Source: Anaerolineae bacterium
GTDB lineage: Bacteria > Chloroflexota > Anaerolineae > Aggregatilineales > UBA3940
Assembly: GCA_016927375.1 (NCBI GenBank)
Contig: JAFGMS010000139.1
Location: 1-35,574 of the forward strand
Length of the DNA: 35,574 nucleotides
Direction: 5' to 3'
The notes under the pieces were generated by a model. That model made no database searches and was not told the DNA's origin. It saw nothing but the letters and a program-made list of their open reading frames with translations. This document shows, piece by piece, positions 25,375 to 34,862 of the stretch. The position numbers were made by a program, and so were the translations under genes. Positions within the stretch are counted from its first letter, which is position 1, and each line of letters begins with the position of its first letter.

Positions 25375-26652
25375 ATGAATATAGCAGAACTTGAAGTGAT
25401 GACGTTGTCTGAACTGCGTGAGATAGCACGTGAAGCTGAGATTGCCGGACTCAGTCGCATGAAGAAACAAGACCTGATCCTGGCTTTGCTACGTCACAAA
25501 GCCGAGCAACAAGGTTTCCAATTGCGCGGCGGCGTCCTGGAGATCATCGAAGAAGGGATTGGCTTTCTTCGTTCCGATCACTATGTGCCTGGGCCAGATG
25601 ATATTTACGTCAGCCAAACGCAGATCAAACGCTTTGACTTACGAACCGGCGATCTTGTTGTTGGGCAGGTGAGACCTCCCAAGGATACCGAGAAGTACTA
25701 TGGTCTGCTGCGCGTCGAGGCAGTCAATGGCCTCGATCCGGAACAGGCCAAGAAGCGCCCACATTTCGAGCAGCTCACTCCTATCTTCCCGGAAAGACGT
25801 TTCGATCTGGAGACCAATGGGCGCATTCTTTCTACCCGCCTGCTCAACCTGGTGGCACCGATCGGACGTGGGCAGCGTGGGCTGATTGTCTCCCCACCCA
25901 AAGCCGGCAAGACAACTGTCCTCAAAGAGATTGCCAACGGCATTAGCCACAATTATCCGGAAGTCCATCTCATGGTCCTGCTGATCGGTGAGCGCCCAGA
26001 AGAGGTCACTGACATGGATCGCTCAGTCGAGGCAGAGGTGATTGCCTCAACCTTCGATGAAGCATGGACCAGCCAGGTGCATGTCAGCGAGATGGCCATG
26101 GAAAGGGCCAAACGCCTGGTAGAAAGCGGAAAAGACGTGGTGATCCTGATGGACAGCATCACCCGGCTGGCAAGAGCTTACAACCTGGTTGTGCCTCCCA
26201 GTGGACGTACACTCTCCGGCGGTCTTGACCCCAGCGCACTTTATCCTCCCAAAAGGTTCTTTGGTGCAGCCCGTAATATCGAGGAAGGTGGCTCGCTCAC
26301 CATCATCGCCACCTGCTTGGTCGATACCGGTTCCCGCATGGATGATGTCATTTACGAAGAGTTCAAGGGCACCGGTAATATGGAGCTGCATCTTTCCCGC
26401 AAGCTGCAAGAGCGCCGCACCTTCCCGGCATTCGATATCGAGCGTTCCAGCACACGGCGTGAAGAGCTGCTGCTTGGTGCAGACATCCTCCAGCGCGTTT
26501 GGTTAATGCGCCGTATGCTCAGCCAGATGATGGCTCCACTGCCTAACGGTGCAGGCATGGAAATGACCGCCGCTACAGAGGCTGTCATCGATCAGCTGCG
26601 CCGCACCGAAAGCAACGAGGAATTCCTGCAGTTCCTGACTGACAATAGTTAA
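25375..26652 (+). CDS. rho: Transcription termination factor Rho
   Basis: DDIYVS, PIGRGQRGLIVSPPKAGKT, DSITRLARAYN, FKGTGNME. Confidence 0.98.
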   Translation: MNIAELEVMTLSELREIAREAEIAGLSRMKKQDLILALLRHKAEQQGFQLRGGVLEIIEEGIGFLRSDHYVPGPDDIYVSQTQIKRFDLRTGDLVVGQVRPPKDTEKYYGLLRVEAVNGLDPEQAKKRPHFEQLTPIFPERRFDLETNGRILSTRLLNLVAPIGRGQRGLIVSPPKAGKTTVLKEIANGISHNYPEVHLMVLLIGERPEEVTDMDRSVEAEVIASTFDEAWTSQVHVSEMAMERAKRLVESGKDVVILMDSITRLARAYNLVVPPSGRTLSGGLDPSALYPPKRFFGAARNIEEGGSLTIIATCLVDTGSRMDDVIYEEFKGTGNMELHLSRKLQERRTFPAFDIERSSTRREELLLGADILQRVWLMRRMLSQMMAPLPNGAGMEMTAATEAVIDQLRRTESNEEFLQFLTDNS

Positions 26653-26725
26653 TGATATGTAGCCGAGGATCATACTGTGATGGTTGTACTGTCATAAAAA
26701 ATATCAACCATATGTTTCGAGTTGC

Positions 26726-26754
26726 TTGACAGTTGGCTGCGATTCGGCTACAGT
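26726..26754 (+). promoter_or_regulatory. Sigma70-type promoter
   Basis: TTGACA-17 bp-TACAGT upstream of the AAGGAG RBS and ATG 26792. Confidence 0.6.
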
Positions 26755-26791
26755 TCTGCCCATTCTGTAATGTGACTGATAAGGAGTATTC

Positions 26792-27694
26792 ATGCGTGAG
26801 ATCACTGTTGCTACCGTGCAGATGAAGCCCGAGCTGGGCGAGCTTGAGAACAACCTGGTCAAGATGTCTGATATTGTTTCCAAGATCGCCAACCAGCAAA
26901 AGGTCGATCTGATTCTCTTCCCCGAGCTCGTGACCAGTGGTTACGAGCTGGGTGTCAAGTTCACCAATCTTGCCCAGCTTGTCCCTGGCCCAACCGTCAA
27001 TTTGATGGCTCAACGTGCCCAACAGCTCGGTGTCCATATCGCCTTTGGTATGGTTGCCAAGGAGCGTGTTGAAAGCATTCTGTATGATGCAGCAGTGTTG
27101 ATCGGCCCGGATGGCGAATTCATCGGTGATTACCGCAAGGCTCACCTCAAAGGCGAAGAGCGAATGGCCTTCCGCGAGGGATATCGGCTGCCCGTCTTCG
27201 AGACCCAGATTGGCAATATTGGGATGGTGTTGGGCTGGGACCTGGCTTTTCCGGAGGTGGCGCGCAGCCTGGTACTTGATGGCGCCGAATTGCTGTGTGT
27301 GTTGGCAAGTTGGGAAAAAGACGACATTGAGGAATGGAAAACCTATCTGAAAGCACGCGCTTACGAGAATGCCGTCTTTGTGGCGGGCTCAAATCGCGTT
27401 GGAGAAGATGTCACATTGACCTTTGGCGGAGAGAGCATGATCGTCGGGCCGCGCGGCAAGGTCCATGCCTCTTTATCCAACAACACGTCGGGAGAGGCCA
27501 AAAAAGACGACGACAAGAAGGATGAGGGGCAAAAAGACGAAAAAGCTGCCCCTAAAGAGAAAAAGGGAAAGTTCGTCGAGGGGTACTGCGTGGCACGCAT
27601 CGATCTTGATGAAGTCAAGCGTCACCGCGAAGAGCGGTTGACACTCCAGGCCCGGCAGCCGACTGTGTACCGGAACATCGTCAGGAAATACTGA
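26792..27694 (+). CDS. Carbon-nitrogen hydrolase (nitrilase-fold) protein lacking catalytic Cys
   Basis: LFPEL (Glu), YRKAHL (Lys), LGWDLAFPE where ICWD/ICYD is expected, ARAYEN, NRVG. Confidence 0.9.
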   Translation: MREITVATVQMKPELGELENNLVKMSDIVSKIANQQKVDLILFPELVTSGYELGVKFTNLAQLVPGPTVNLMAQRAQQLGVHIAFGMVAKERVESILYDAAVLIGPDGEFIGDYRKAHLKGEERMAFREGYRLPVFETQIGNIGMVLGWDLAFPEVARSLVLDGAELLCVLASWEKDDIEEWKTYLKARAYENAVFVAGSNRVGEDVTLTFGGESMIVGPRGKVHASLSNNTSGEAKKDDDKKDEGQKDEKAAPKEKKGKFVEGYCVARIDLDEVKRHREERLTLQARQPTVYRNIVRKY

Positions 27695-27733
27695 TCGGAC
27701 AGCAGCCTTCCAGCTGTATATCCTATATGCAAG

Positions 27734-27762
27734 AAACGGCGGCCTCGGCAGGTCGCCGTTTT
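27734..27762 (+). terminator. Intrinsic terminator
   Basis: AAACGGCGGCCT-CGGC-AGGTCGCCGTTTT. Confidence 0.7.
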
Positions 27763-27838
27763 GGTAAACCCATGAGACAGTCCGCTCAACAGGGATAAAG
27801 GGCTGTCGCAGTCTATTTGCTTGTGCTAAGATCGGCTG

Positions 27839-28046
27839 TAGCATGCGAGGATAGCGTGGTTGATAGGTGAGCGGCGCTGAACCTCGCCCCCTGCAGCGGT
27901 GGCTGATAGCTATGTCGGCGATGTCCTCCTCTCCGCCGGGCGGAGAGGAGACGCAGATCGTGTATCGAGCTGCTACGCTCCTCAGGGTGAGGTTGTGAGA
28001 GCCAAACCGGACTTGGCCGGCTTGTCCCCGTTATTTCCGGGTGCTA
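27839..28046 (+). mobile_element. ~210-bp structured dispersed repeat, copy B
   Basis: TAGCA...TGCTA ends; matches reverse complement of 3156-3366; perfect CTCCTCTCCG/CGGAGAGGAG stem at 27926-27950. Confidence 0.75.
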
Positions 28047-28082
28047 GGTTACCAGCATGTATCCATTTTTGTGGAGAAACCG

Positions 28083-29132
28083 ATGGACTCCATAGATTTA
28101 CGCAGCGATACTGTCACCTGGCCGACGCCTGAGATGCGCGAAGCCATGTATCAAGCCGAGGTCGGTGATGATGTCTACGGGGAAGACCCGACCATCAACC
28201 GCTTAGAGGAGCTGGCTGCCAGGCGTTTGGGCAAGGAGGCAGCCCTGTTTGTCTCAAGCGGCACACAGGGCAACCTGATCGCCGTCCTGGCTCACTGCAA
28301 CCGCGGTGATGAGATGATCGTCGGTCAGAGTTCCCACACCTTCATCAACGAGGTCGCAGGAGCATCGGCATTAGGAGGCGTCTCATCCTATACCATCCCG
28401 ATACAGCAGGAAGGCACCCTTTCCCTCGCTGACATCCGCGCAGCCATCCGCGACCCGCGCGACATCCATTATCCTACGACCAGGCTGGTTTGCCTTGAGA
28501 ATACCAATGGCGCGGTCGGTGGCATCCCGCTCAGCATCCAATACACACGCTCGGTAGGAGAGCTATGCAGCGAGTGCGACCTGAAACTACACATCGATGG
28601 CGCGCGTATCTGGAACGCGGCAGCCGCATTTGGCTGTGATGTTAAGGATTTGGCCGCCCCGGCAGACAGCATCAGCTTCTGCTTATCGAAGGGATTGTGC
28701 GCACCTGCGGGGGCAATCCTGTGCGGGTCATGTGATTTCATCGAGCGCAGCCGCCGTCTTCGCAAGATGCTGGGAGGCGGCATGCGCCAGATCGGTATCC
28801 TGGCCGCGGCCGGGATTATCGCCATAGAGAAAATGACCAAGAGGCTGCAAACAGATCACAGCAATGCCAAACGTCTGGCCGAGGGTCTAAGCGACATCCC
28901 AGGTATTCACCTCAACATGCAGCAGGTACAAACCAACATGATCTTCTTCCGGCTCGACGAGTCAAGATCCATCGATGCAGCACAGATGACCGCAGTCCTG
29001 GCGCGAGAACACAACGTCAGGCTGGACGTCACCGGGCCACGCAGCTTCCGCGCTGTAACACATTACTGGATTACCGCAGAGCGCATAGAGACGGCTCTCG
29101 CAGCTATCCGGCAAGTCTGGGAACATGCCTGA
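28083..29132 (+). CDS. ltaE: Low-specificity L-threonine aldolase
   Basis: IDLRSDTVT, GDDVYGED, HIDGAR, CLSKGL PLP-lysine, GGGMRQ; start set at ATG 28083 with GGAG RBS. Confidence 0.96.
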   Translation: MDSIDLRSDTVTWPTPEMREAMYQAEVGDDVYGEDPTINRLEELAARRLGKEAALFVSSGTQGNLIAVLAHCNRGDEMIVGQSSHTFINEVAGASALGGVSSYTIPIQQEGTLSLADIRAAIRDPRDIHYPTTRLVCLENTNGAVGGIPLSIQYTRSVGELCSECDLKLHIDGARIWNAAAAFGCDVKDLAAPADSISFCLSKGLCAPAGAILCGSCDFIERSRRLRKMLGGGMRQIGILAAAGIIAIEKMTKRLQTDHSNAKRLAEGLSDIPGIHLNMQQVQTNMIFFRLDESRSIDAAQMTAVLAREHNVRLDVTGPRSFRAVTHYWITAERIETALAAIRQVWEHA

Positions 29133-30226
29133 TGACAATCCCTCCTATACCAGAACCAGAAGAAGATGTATTTTCTTACGCCGGAATACATCATACTGTT
29201 CCGCTGAAGCACGGGGGTCAGGACACAACCTTATTCGATCCCCCTGTCCTGCCGGAGGTCGATGTCGAGGCCGCACGCCGGCCGCTCTCTCCGGGAATAC
29301 CTCCTCTCAAGCATATTCCCCTGCCGCCGCCAGAGGCTTACCAATTGATTGTCCTTCCCCTGGAAGGAGGCAGAGTCGCCGATCAACCTTCCCATTCCAT
29401 AGGAGCGTCATCGGTCCATCCGGTTATCTCGCCAACAGAGCGAGTCCGGTTCCCGGTAGCTGAGCCACCGGCCTTCAAGCATCTTAAACCCGCCCCGACA
29501 GTTGTCGGGCAGCCGTCCAAACCTGCTGTACAAGAACCTGTTGTTGTGCCTGCTCCTGTTCTCACACCTACGCCAGCTGTCGAGTCAACATCCAGCCGCG
29601 CCGAAGCGCAGATATCCCAGCGCTTCGATCCCGTTTTCGCGCTGCTCGTCTACCTGGCGCTCGGTCTGGGCACCTGGGTGCTCAGCGATCTGGAAAGCCG
29701 CTACACAATCATGTGGATTGCCTTGATAGTTATCGGGGGAAGTCTGGTGCTGCTAGGGGGTGGCGAGCCGCGCGGCCAGATCTCGCTGGGCAGCTTGAGC
29801 TGGGGATTGATATTTGGTCTGCCGATTGGACTAATGCTGATTGTATTCGCCCCCCAGGCCCTGGCGACAACTTCCTCACTGCTCTTTCCCGGCATTAGCC
29901 TGCCCGCATTGTTCCAGATGCTGGCGATTACCGGTCCGCTCGGCGAGACGCTCTTCTTCCGTGGGGGACTTCAGGAACGGCATGGAATAGTAGCCGGAAT
30001 CATTGGGGCGGGTCTGGGAACGCTGGTTTTGTTTCTGCCTGCCGCTGCCGGGATACCTGAGCAGCTGACCGCGGTGGCCTTCGTTGCGCTGTTCCTGACT
30101 CTGCTGGCAGGGGCTTACAGTTATATTCGCGAGAGGTATGGGTTGGCTGCGGCCTATGCTTGCCAGGTGACGGTTAATGTCATGCTGCTCTTCCTACCCC
30201 GGTTGCTGGTGCCACCCGTGCCATAG
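29132..30226 (+). CDS. Pro-rich membrane protein with degenerate CPBP (CAAX protease-like) domain
   Basis: TGATG coupling to ltaE, long Pro-rich N-terminus, multi-TM region with GETLFFRG. Confidence 0.75.
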   Translation: MTIPPIPEPEEDVFSYAGIHHTVPLKHGGQDTTLFDPPVLPEVDVEAARRPLSPGIPPLKHIPLPPPEAYQLIVLPLEGGRVADQPSHSIGASSVHPVISPTERVRFPVAEPPAFKHLKPAPTVVGQPSKPAVQEPVVVPAPVLTPTPAVESTSSRAEAQISQRFDPVFALLVYLALGLGTWVLSDLESRYTIMWIALIVIGGSLVLLGGGEPRGQISLGSLSWGLIFGLPIGLMLIVFAPQALATTSSLLFPGISLPALFQMLAITGPLGETLFFRGGLQERHGIVAGIIGAGLGTLVLFLPAAAGIPEQLTAVAFVALFLTLLAGAYSYIRERYGLAAAYACQVTVNVMLLFLPRLLVPPVP

Positions 30227-30336
30227 AGAGCGACGAGTTTTCGGTCTTTCATTCCTACATGGAGCATACACCTGCCATTCACTGCATGGCTTCAATCAAC
30301 ATTGGTGCGAAGCTAAAGCCGACACCTATGATCTGG

Positions 30337-31722
30337 CTACCTTCCTCGCCGATCCTCCTTGCCGGCGCGGAAGCTCATCAGGATTGGTGTGCCGGTGAAG
30401 GGGTAGACCGCCCGGATCTGGTTTTCCAGATAGCGTGCGTAGGTGAAATGCACCAGGTCGACATCGTTGACATGAAAGAGGAACTTGGGCGGATCGACCG
30501 CCACCTGGCTGCCATAGCGGAGCTTGAGCCGCTTACCGGCCTTGAAGGGCGGAGCCTGCCTGGCGACGGCTGCTCGTAGAATACGGTTGATGTCGGCGGT
30601 AGGGATGCGCACAAAACGCTCTTCATGCACTTGCAACGCCAGGGGGATGATCTCGCTCACGCGCTGCCCGGTCTTGGCCGAGATAAAGATGATGGGCACA
30701 TAAGGTAGGAACTTCAGCGCGTCGCGGACCTTTTCCTCCTCCTGCAGCATGGTATAGCTGTCTTTCTCGACAGCATCCCACTTATTGACCAGGACGATCA
30801 CGCTTAACTTCTCCTCAAGGACAAAGCTGGCGATGTGAGCATCCTGCGATGTGATGCCTTCGATGGCATCGATCAACAGCAGGGCGACATCGGCCCGCTT
30901 GAGTGCCTTGAGAGCGCGCAGGACGCTGTATTGCTCCACGCCGCCATGGTCGATTTTCCCTCGACGGCGGATGCCCGCTGTATCGATCAGGGTGATGAGC
31001 TGGTCATGCCAGACGACTTGTGTATCGATGGCATCGCGAGTGGTGCCGGGGACCGGGCTGACGATTACACGCTCTTTGCCCAACAGACGGTTGAGCAGCG
31101 ATGACTTGCCGACGTTCGGCCGCCCGACGATGGCGATCTTGAGTGAGTCGTCATCCTCTTCGCTCTCCGGTGGCTTCTGAGGCAATGCCTCGACCACCGC
31201 GTCGAGCAGGTCACCGACCCCCGTCCCATGCATCCCTGACACAGGGTAGATCTCGCTGAGGCCCAGGTTGTAGAACTCGACCGCACCATCGCGGCGTTCT
31301 TGGTTATCGCCCTTGCTGGCTGCGACCAGCACCGGCTTATTGGCCCGTCGCAGGATGTCGGCGACTTCTTCATCGGCGGCGGTTACCCCGCTAATCAGGT
31401 CAACCACCATAACGATCACATCGGCATCGGCAATGGCCAGCTCGGCCTGAGCCCGGATCTCGGCAATGAACTGGGCCGAGTCTTCGGCGACAGGATCGGC
31501 CGCTCCAACCAGGACGCGGTTGAGAGCTTCGATGCCGCCTGTATCGACCAGCGTGAAAGCCACGCCGCGCCAATCGGCCTCTGCCTGTTGGCGGTCGCGG
31601 GTTGTGCCGGGACGGTCGTGAATGACCGCCAGACGCCTGCCGACAATGCGGTTAAATAAGGTGGACTTGCCCACGTTGGGCCGCCCTACCAGTGCTACCA
31701 GAGGTATGTTTTTCATGCCCAT
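30337..31722 (-). CDS. der: Ribosome biogenesis GTPase Der (EngA)
   Basis: Two GRPNVGKS G domains, GTTRD, DTGG/DTAG, YLENQIR. Confidence 0.97.
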   Translation of the reverse strand: MGMKNIPLVALVGRPNVGKSTLFNRIVGRRLAVIHDRPGTTRDRQQAEADWRGVAFTLVDTGGIEALNRVLVGAADPVAEDSAQFIAEIRAQAELAIADADVIVMVVDLISGVTAADEEVADILRRANKPVLVAASKGDNQERRDGAVEFYNLGLSEIYPVSGMHGTGVGDLLDAVVEALPQKPPESEEDDDSLKIAIVGRPNVGKSSLLNRLLGKERVIVSPVPGTTRDAIDTQVVWHDQLITLIDTAGIRRRGKIDHGGVEQYSVLRALKALKRADVALLLIDAIEGITSQDAHIASFVLEEKLSVIVLVNKWDAVEKDSYTMLQEEEKVRDALKFLPYVPIIFISAKTGQRVSEIIPLALQVHEERFVRIPTADINRILRAAVARQAPPFKAGKRLKLRYGSQVAVDPPKFLFHVNDVDLVHFTYARYLENQIRAVYPFTGTPILMSFRAGKEDRRGR

Positions 31723-31741
31723 AGTTTAACAGGTGATGGGA

Positions 31742-31776
31742 CATTGGGCGATTGACGACCGGTTGATTGACGATTG
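31742..31776. repeat. Degenerate 7-bp array (CGATTGA-like) upstream of der
   Basis: CATTGGG CGATTGA CGACCGG TTGATTGA CGATTG; same unit as 18610-18644. Confidence 0.6.
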
Positions 31777-31939
31777 GTAGCGATGAGGCATGGAGAATGA
31801 GACCAGGAGGGATGAGTAAAGCTGCGTGAGCAGGGGATTGTCGACGCGTAGCAAGCACTGGTTAACGCTGAGCGGACATTTGTCACCATTGAGGTTTCTC
31901 TTGCTAGTATCACCCGATTTGTGAAACACTCCAATAATT

Positions 31940-31968
31940 TTGACTAAAAGCAGGCCATCGTCTAGAAT
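31940..31968 (+). promoter_or_regulatory. Sigma70-type promoter of ffh
   Basis: TTGACT-17 bp-TAGAAT. Confidence 0.7.
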
Positions 31969-32017
31969 ATCGCAGCTATGACGGTAACCAGAAACAGTAA
32001 TGGTATGCACCATGGCG

Positions 32018-33346
32018 ATGTTTGAAAGCCTCAGTGAGAAACTGCAAGACGTTTTCAAAGAACTGCGCAAGCGGGGCAAGCTGAATGAAGCTGATGTCGA
32101 TGCAGCCATGCGTGAAATCCGGCTTGTGCTGCTTGAGGCTGATGTTCATTACAGCGTGGTCAAGACTTTCGTCGCCCGCGTGCGTGAAAGAGCGGTTGGC
32201 ATCGAGGTTGCCAAAAGCCTGACGCCTGGGCAGCAAGTGATCAAGATTGTTCACGAGGAGCTTGTTCAGACTCTGGGGCAGGCCGGCCATCTGGAGCTGA
32301 GTGGAAACACGCCTCACGTGATTTTGTTAGTCGGTTTGCAAGGTTCCGGCAAGACAACCACAGCTGCCAAGCTGGCTCTACATCTGCGGCGTCAAAAGCA
32401 GGTGCCTTTTATGATAGCGGCAGATACCTACCGTCCAGCCGCTGTCGACCAGCTTGTTGCGCTGGGGCGTCAGATCGACATCTCGGTTTATTCCGAGAGT
32501 GGTTCGGCACCACCGCCGCAGATTGCCACCAATGGCGTACAGGCGGCTGCTCGCGCCAATGCCAGCGTGGCCATCATAGACAGTGCCGGCCGGCTGCAAA
32601 TCGACCAGGAAATGATGGGAGAGCTGGCTACCATCAGGGATCGTGTTCATCCCCAGGAAATACTGCTGGTGGCCGACTCAATGACCGGCCAAGAAGCTGT
32701 CAATATCGCGGAGGGTTTTAACAAACAGGTTGGCATCACCGGCTTGATACTTACCAAGGTAGACGGCGATGCGCGCGGTGGCGCAGCCATCTCGATGCGA
32801 GAAGTTACCGGTGTCCCGATTAAGTTTCTGGGCACCAGCGAGAAACTAGACGGGCTCGAGACCTTCGACCCGGATCGGCTTGCCCGGCGTATACTACAAA
32901 TGGGCGATATTCTAGGACTGATCGAGCGGGCTGAAGCGTTGGAGATGCAAGAGGAAGAGGCCTTTGAGCTGGCGGGCAAACTCCGCACTGCCAACTTCAA
33001 CCTCGAAGATCTATATAAACAGCTTCAGCAGGCAAAACGGCTAGGTCCCCTCACTCAGCTCATAGAGATGATCCCTGGGCTGAGCCAGAGTGTCAAACAA
33101 GTATCGCAGGAAGACGTAGATAGACAACTTAAGGTAGTAGAGGCTATAATCAGCTCGATGACGCCAGAGGAAAAAAGGCATCCTAAAGTATTGAATGCCA
33201 GCCGCCGCAAGCGGATTGCAGCAGGGAGTGGAACCTCTGTTCAGGATATCAATCAATTAATGAAGCAGTTTCAGCAGTCGCAAAAGCTGATGAAACAATT
33301 ATCGCGTCAGAAAATACCTGACATCAGAGGACTTTTCGGTCAATAG
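32018..33346 (+). CDS. ffh: Signal recognition particle protein Ffh
   Basis: MFESLS start, LLEADV, GLQGSGKTT, DSAGR, DGDARGG, SRRKRIAAGSG. Confidence 0.98.
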   Translation: MFESLSEKLQDVFKELRKRGKLNEADVDAAMREIRLVLLEADVHYSVVKTFVARVRERAVGIEVAKSLTPGQQVIKIVHEELVQTLGQAGHLELSGNTPHVILLVGLQGSGKTTTAAKLALHLRRQKQVPFMIAADTYRPAAVDQLVALGRQIDISVYSESGSAPPPQIATNGVQAAARANASVAIIDSAGRLQIDQEMMGELATIRDRVHPQEILLVADSMTGQEAVNIAEGFNKQVGITGLILTKVDGDARGGAAISMREVTGVPIKFLGTSEKLDGLETFDPDRLARRILQMGDILGLIERAEALEMQEEEAFELAGKLRTANFNLEDLYKQLQQAKRLGPLTQLIEMIPGLSQSVKQVSQEDVDRQLKVVEAIISSMTPEEKRHPKVLNASRRKRIAAGSGTSVQDINQLMKQFQQSQKLMKQLSRQKIPDIRGLFGQ

Positions 33347-33403
33347 AGCGGTTTGACTATTTGCCGCTTTGTCAAATAAAGAATTAAGGAGTAAGGTGCT
33401 AGC

Positions 33404-33967
33404 ATGGTGCGAATCAGACTGCGTCGTGTTGGGTCAAAAAAGCAGCCGAGCTACCGTATTGTGGTCGCCGACAGCCAAAGCCCCCGCGATGGTCGTTTTA
33501 TTGAAAAGATAGGCTTCTATAATCCGCGTACTGAGCCTGCAACAATGGAGCTGGATGAAGCTCGTGCGCTCTATTGGTTGTCGACTGGGGCACAACCGAG
33601 TGATGCGGTACGCCGTATCATGGACAAACTAGGGACCACTGATCGTCTTGAGCGTTTGCGTAGAGGGGAAGCCATGGAAGCTCTGTTGGCAGAGGCTGAG
33701 GCCATCGAGCGTCCGGCAGTTGACCCACGCACTCGGCGCGATGACCTGCGAGGGCAAGCCAAGGCAAAGAAGAGCAGCCCTGATGTTGAGGTGGAAAGCG
33801 AGGCAGAACCAACTGCTGAGGCCGAGGTGGAAGTCGAAGCTGAAGTCGAAACCGAGGTTGCAGCAGAGGCCGAAACGCAGGTGGACGCTGAGGAAGAAGT
33901 CGAAGCTGAAGCCGAAGTTGAGTCTGAGGCCGAAACCGAGACTGAAGAAGAAGCCGAGTCAGAGTAA
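33404..33967 (+). CDS. rpsP: 30S ribosomal protein S16 with long acidic C-terminal extension
   Basis: [24 protein letters not shown]; E/A/V-rich tail. Confidence 0.97.
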   Translation: MVRIRLRRVGSKKQPSYRIVVADSQSPRDGRFIEKIGFYNPRTEPATMELDEARALYWLSTGAQPSDAVRRIMDKLGTTDRLERLRRGEAMEALLAEAEAIERPAVDPRTRRDDLRGQAKAKKSSPDVEVESEAEPTAEAEVEVEAEVETEVAAEAETQVDAEEEVEAEAEVESEAETETEEEAESE

Positions 33968-34049
33968 TCTCTCATCGCCCGGATGCGCCACCCACTTGTG
34001 TTCACCGTCATCTACCTCAGCTAACCCGTCAACCTACTAGGAGGGGCCG

Positions 34050-34277
34050 ATGAAGGAACTAATCGAGTACATAGCAAAGGCATTGGTGGACAACCCGTCA
34101 CAGGTAGAAGTGACGGAAATTGAAGGAGCTACTTCTGTCATCCTCGAACTGCGGGTGGCGCAAGAAGATATGGGCCGAGTTATCGGCCGGAGTGGGCGTG
34201 TAGCAAATGCTATGCGCACCTTGTTGCGCGTTGTAGCGGCCAAACAAGGCAAGCGCGTGACACTCGAGATCGTGTGA
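34050..34277 (+). CDS. khpA: KH-domain RNA-binding protein (KhpA/YlqC)
   Basis: IAKALVD, DMGRVIGRSGRVANAMR; position between rpsP and rimM. Confidence 0.95.
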   Translation: MKELIEYIAKALVDNPSQVEVTEIEGATSVILELRVAQEDMGRVIGRSGRVANAMRTLLRVVAAKQGKRVTLEIV

Positions 34278-34281
34278 GAAA

Positions 34282-34860
34282 GTGCGAGCGAAGCAACCAA
34301 AAGTCCGGCTTAGCCGCCCTACCACAAATGCCGATTCGGGCTCAGGGGGCAGGACCTCTGAGCCTGAATTTTTAGTGGTTGGACAGATCGTGCGGCCGCA
34401 TGGTGTGCGTGGTGAGGTTGGAATGAAGCTCATGACTGCCTACCCGGAGCGGTTGTCACAAATTGGCACATTGTATGTAGGGCCAGAGTATAAACCTCAC
34501 TCAGTTAAGCGTATGCGTCGCCATTCGGCAGGGATGATCGTGCATTTAGAAGGCATGCTTGATCGCAATGACGCAGAGACGCTGCGAGGGATGTTTGTCC
34601 ATATTCATATTGACGATGCTATTCCGCTTGAAGAAGGAGAATATTATCTATTCCAGATCGAGGGGATACAGGTTGTTACTGATACCGGGCAGATACTTGG
34701 CCATCTAACCGATCTGATCGAAACGGGCGCCAACGACGTTTATGTGATCACTACTCCAGAGCAGCAGCAGATCTTGCTCCCAGCTATTCCAGAGGTGATT
34801 CAAACGGTTGATGTCGTCGCTGGCGTAATGACTGTACATCTTCTGGAAGGTTTGTTGTAA
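34282..34860 (+). CDS. rimM: Ribosome maturation factor RimM
   Basis: GQIVRPHGVRGEV, EGEYY, ETGANDVY, LLPAI. Confidence 0.95.
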   Translation: MRAKQPKVRLSRPTTNADSGSGGRTSEPEFLVVGQIVRPHGVRGEVGMKLMTAYPERLSQIGTLYVGPEYKPHSVKRMRRHSAGMIVHLEGMLDRNDAETLRGMFVHIHIDDAIPLEEGEYYLFQIEGIQVVTDTGQILGHLTDLIETGANDVYVITTPEQQQILLPAIPEVIQTVDVVAGVMTVHLLEGLL

Positions 34861-34862
34861 TT

